DNA of 7,536 nucleotides from assembly GCA_051294375.1 (NCBI GenBank), contig CM119267.1:21623892-21631427 (forward strand), in the 5' to 3' direction. Positions 7,477-7,536 of the stretch are shown here, piece after piece. Below the pieces are notes generated by a model that worked only from the letters and a program-made list of their open reading frames with translations, was not told the DNA's origin and did no database searches. The translations under genes and the position numbers were made by a program. Source of the DNA: Paraspadella gotoi. Taxonomy: Eukaryota > Animalia > Chaetognatha. Within the stretch, counting starts at the first letter, position 1. Every line of letters starts with the position of its first letter.

Positions 7477-7536
7477 CTACATCTTCCCCAACTGGCGAAC
7501 GCTAATGCTCATCTTCTACGGATGTAACATCCTGAT
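7477..7536 (+). CDS. SLC22-like coding exon 3 (partial, runs off the window)
   Basis: Acceptor ctttctcAG ends 7476, phase 2. Translates (S)YIFPNWRTLMLIFYGCNIL, matching the Y-x4-WR-x-L motif before TM6. Confidence 0.82.

Larger units (their letters stand above)
6324..7536 (+). pseudogene. SLC22-family (organic cation/anion transporter-like, MFS) gene, 5' part, with disrupted reading frame: probable unprocessed pseudogene or null allele
   Basis: Exons 6324-6837, 7081-7221 and 7477->7536 are joined by phase-2 GT-AG introns. Conceptual protein: MGAQELDDLLASFGVCGWYPLGVFLV/NVVIGICQSFLFQGNALATSEPRFRC...//GCPGRNWTFEEPVSNSLAAEWRLVCDREWLVNLTETLFYVGSLSACFFVGYFIDAFGRRRLV...YIGLRFLLGIGYVGIYSIYTYKCELFASRHRLLALPLDPS*PIGGLLMPLFSYIFPNWRTLMLIFYGCNIL. 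SLC22 hallmarks are DDLL-x3-G-x2-GWY, loop cysteines, EWxLVCD, DxFGRR, E-x5-R and WR after TM5. It needs +1 shifts near 6402-6404 and within 6509-6575, and has TGA at 7187-7189. The family call is firm; pseudogene status is less certain. Confidence 0.8.

Overview
Intron-containing eukaryotic (probably invertebrate animal) genomic DNA with AT-rich introns, CpG-rich exons and two N gaps (516-968, 5034-6020). Two genes can be assembled by hand, and the ORF track largely misses both. (1) The last three coding exons of a + strand caspase (1016-1146, 1261-1392, 1598-1755), with an atypical catalytic pentapeptide DACQG instead of QACxG. (2) The first three coding exons of a + strand SLC22/organic-cation-transporter-like MFS gene (6324-6837, 7081-7221, 7477-end), with intact splice sites but two +1 frameshifts and an in-frame TGA, so most likely a young unprocessed pseudogene or null allele. 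Non-coding structure includes three copies of a short TIR-bounded MITE-like element with a degenerate TTAGGG core, a ~72-bp inverted repeat pair that brackets the caspase catalytic exon, CT/GA and TATC microsatellites, and a G-rich minus-strand tract with weak hints of a third gene. Most long ORFs in the track are artefacts of N runs or low-complexity sequence. No wholly new biological system is demonstrated. The best leads are the DACQG caspase, its flanking inverted repeats and the telomere-core MITE.
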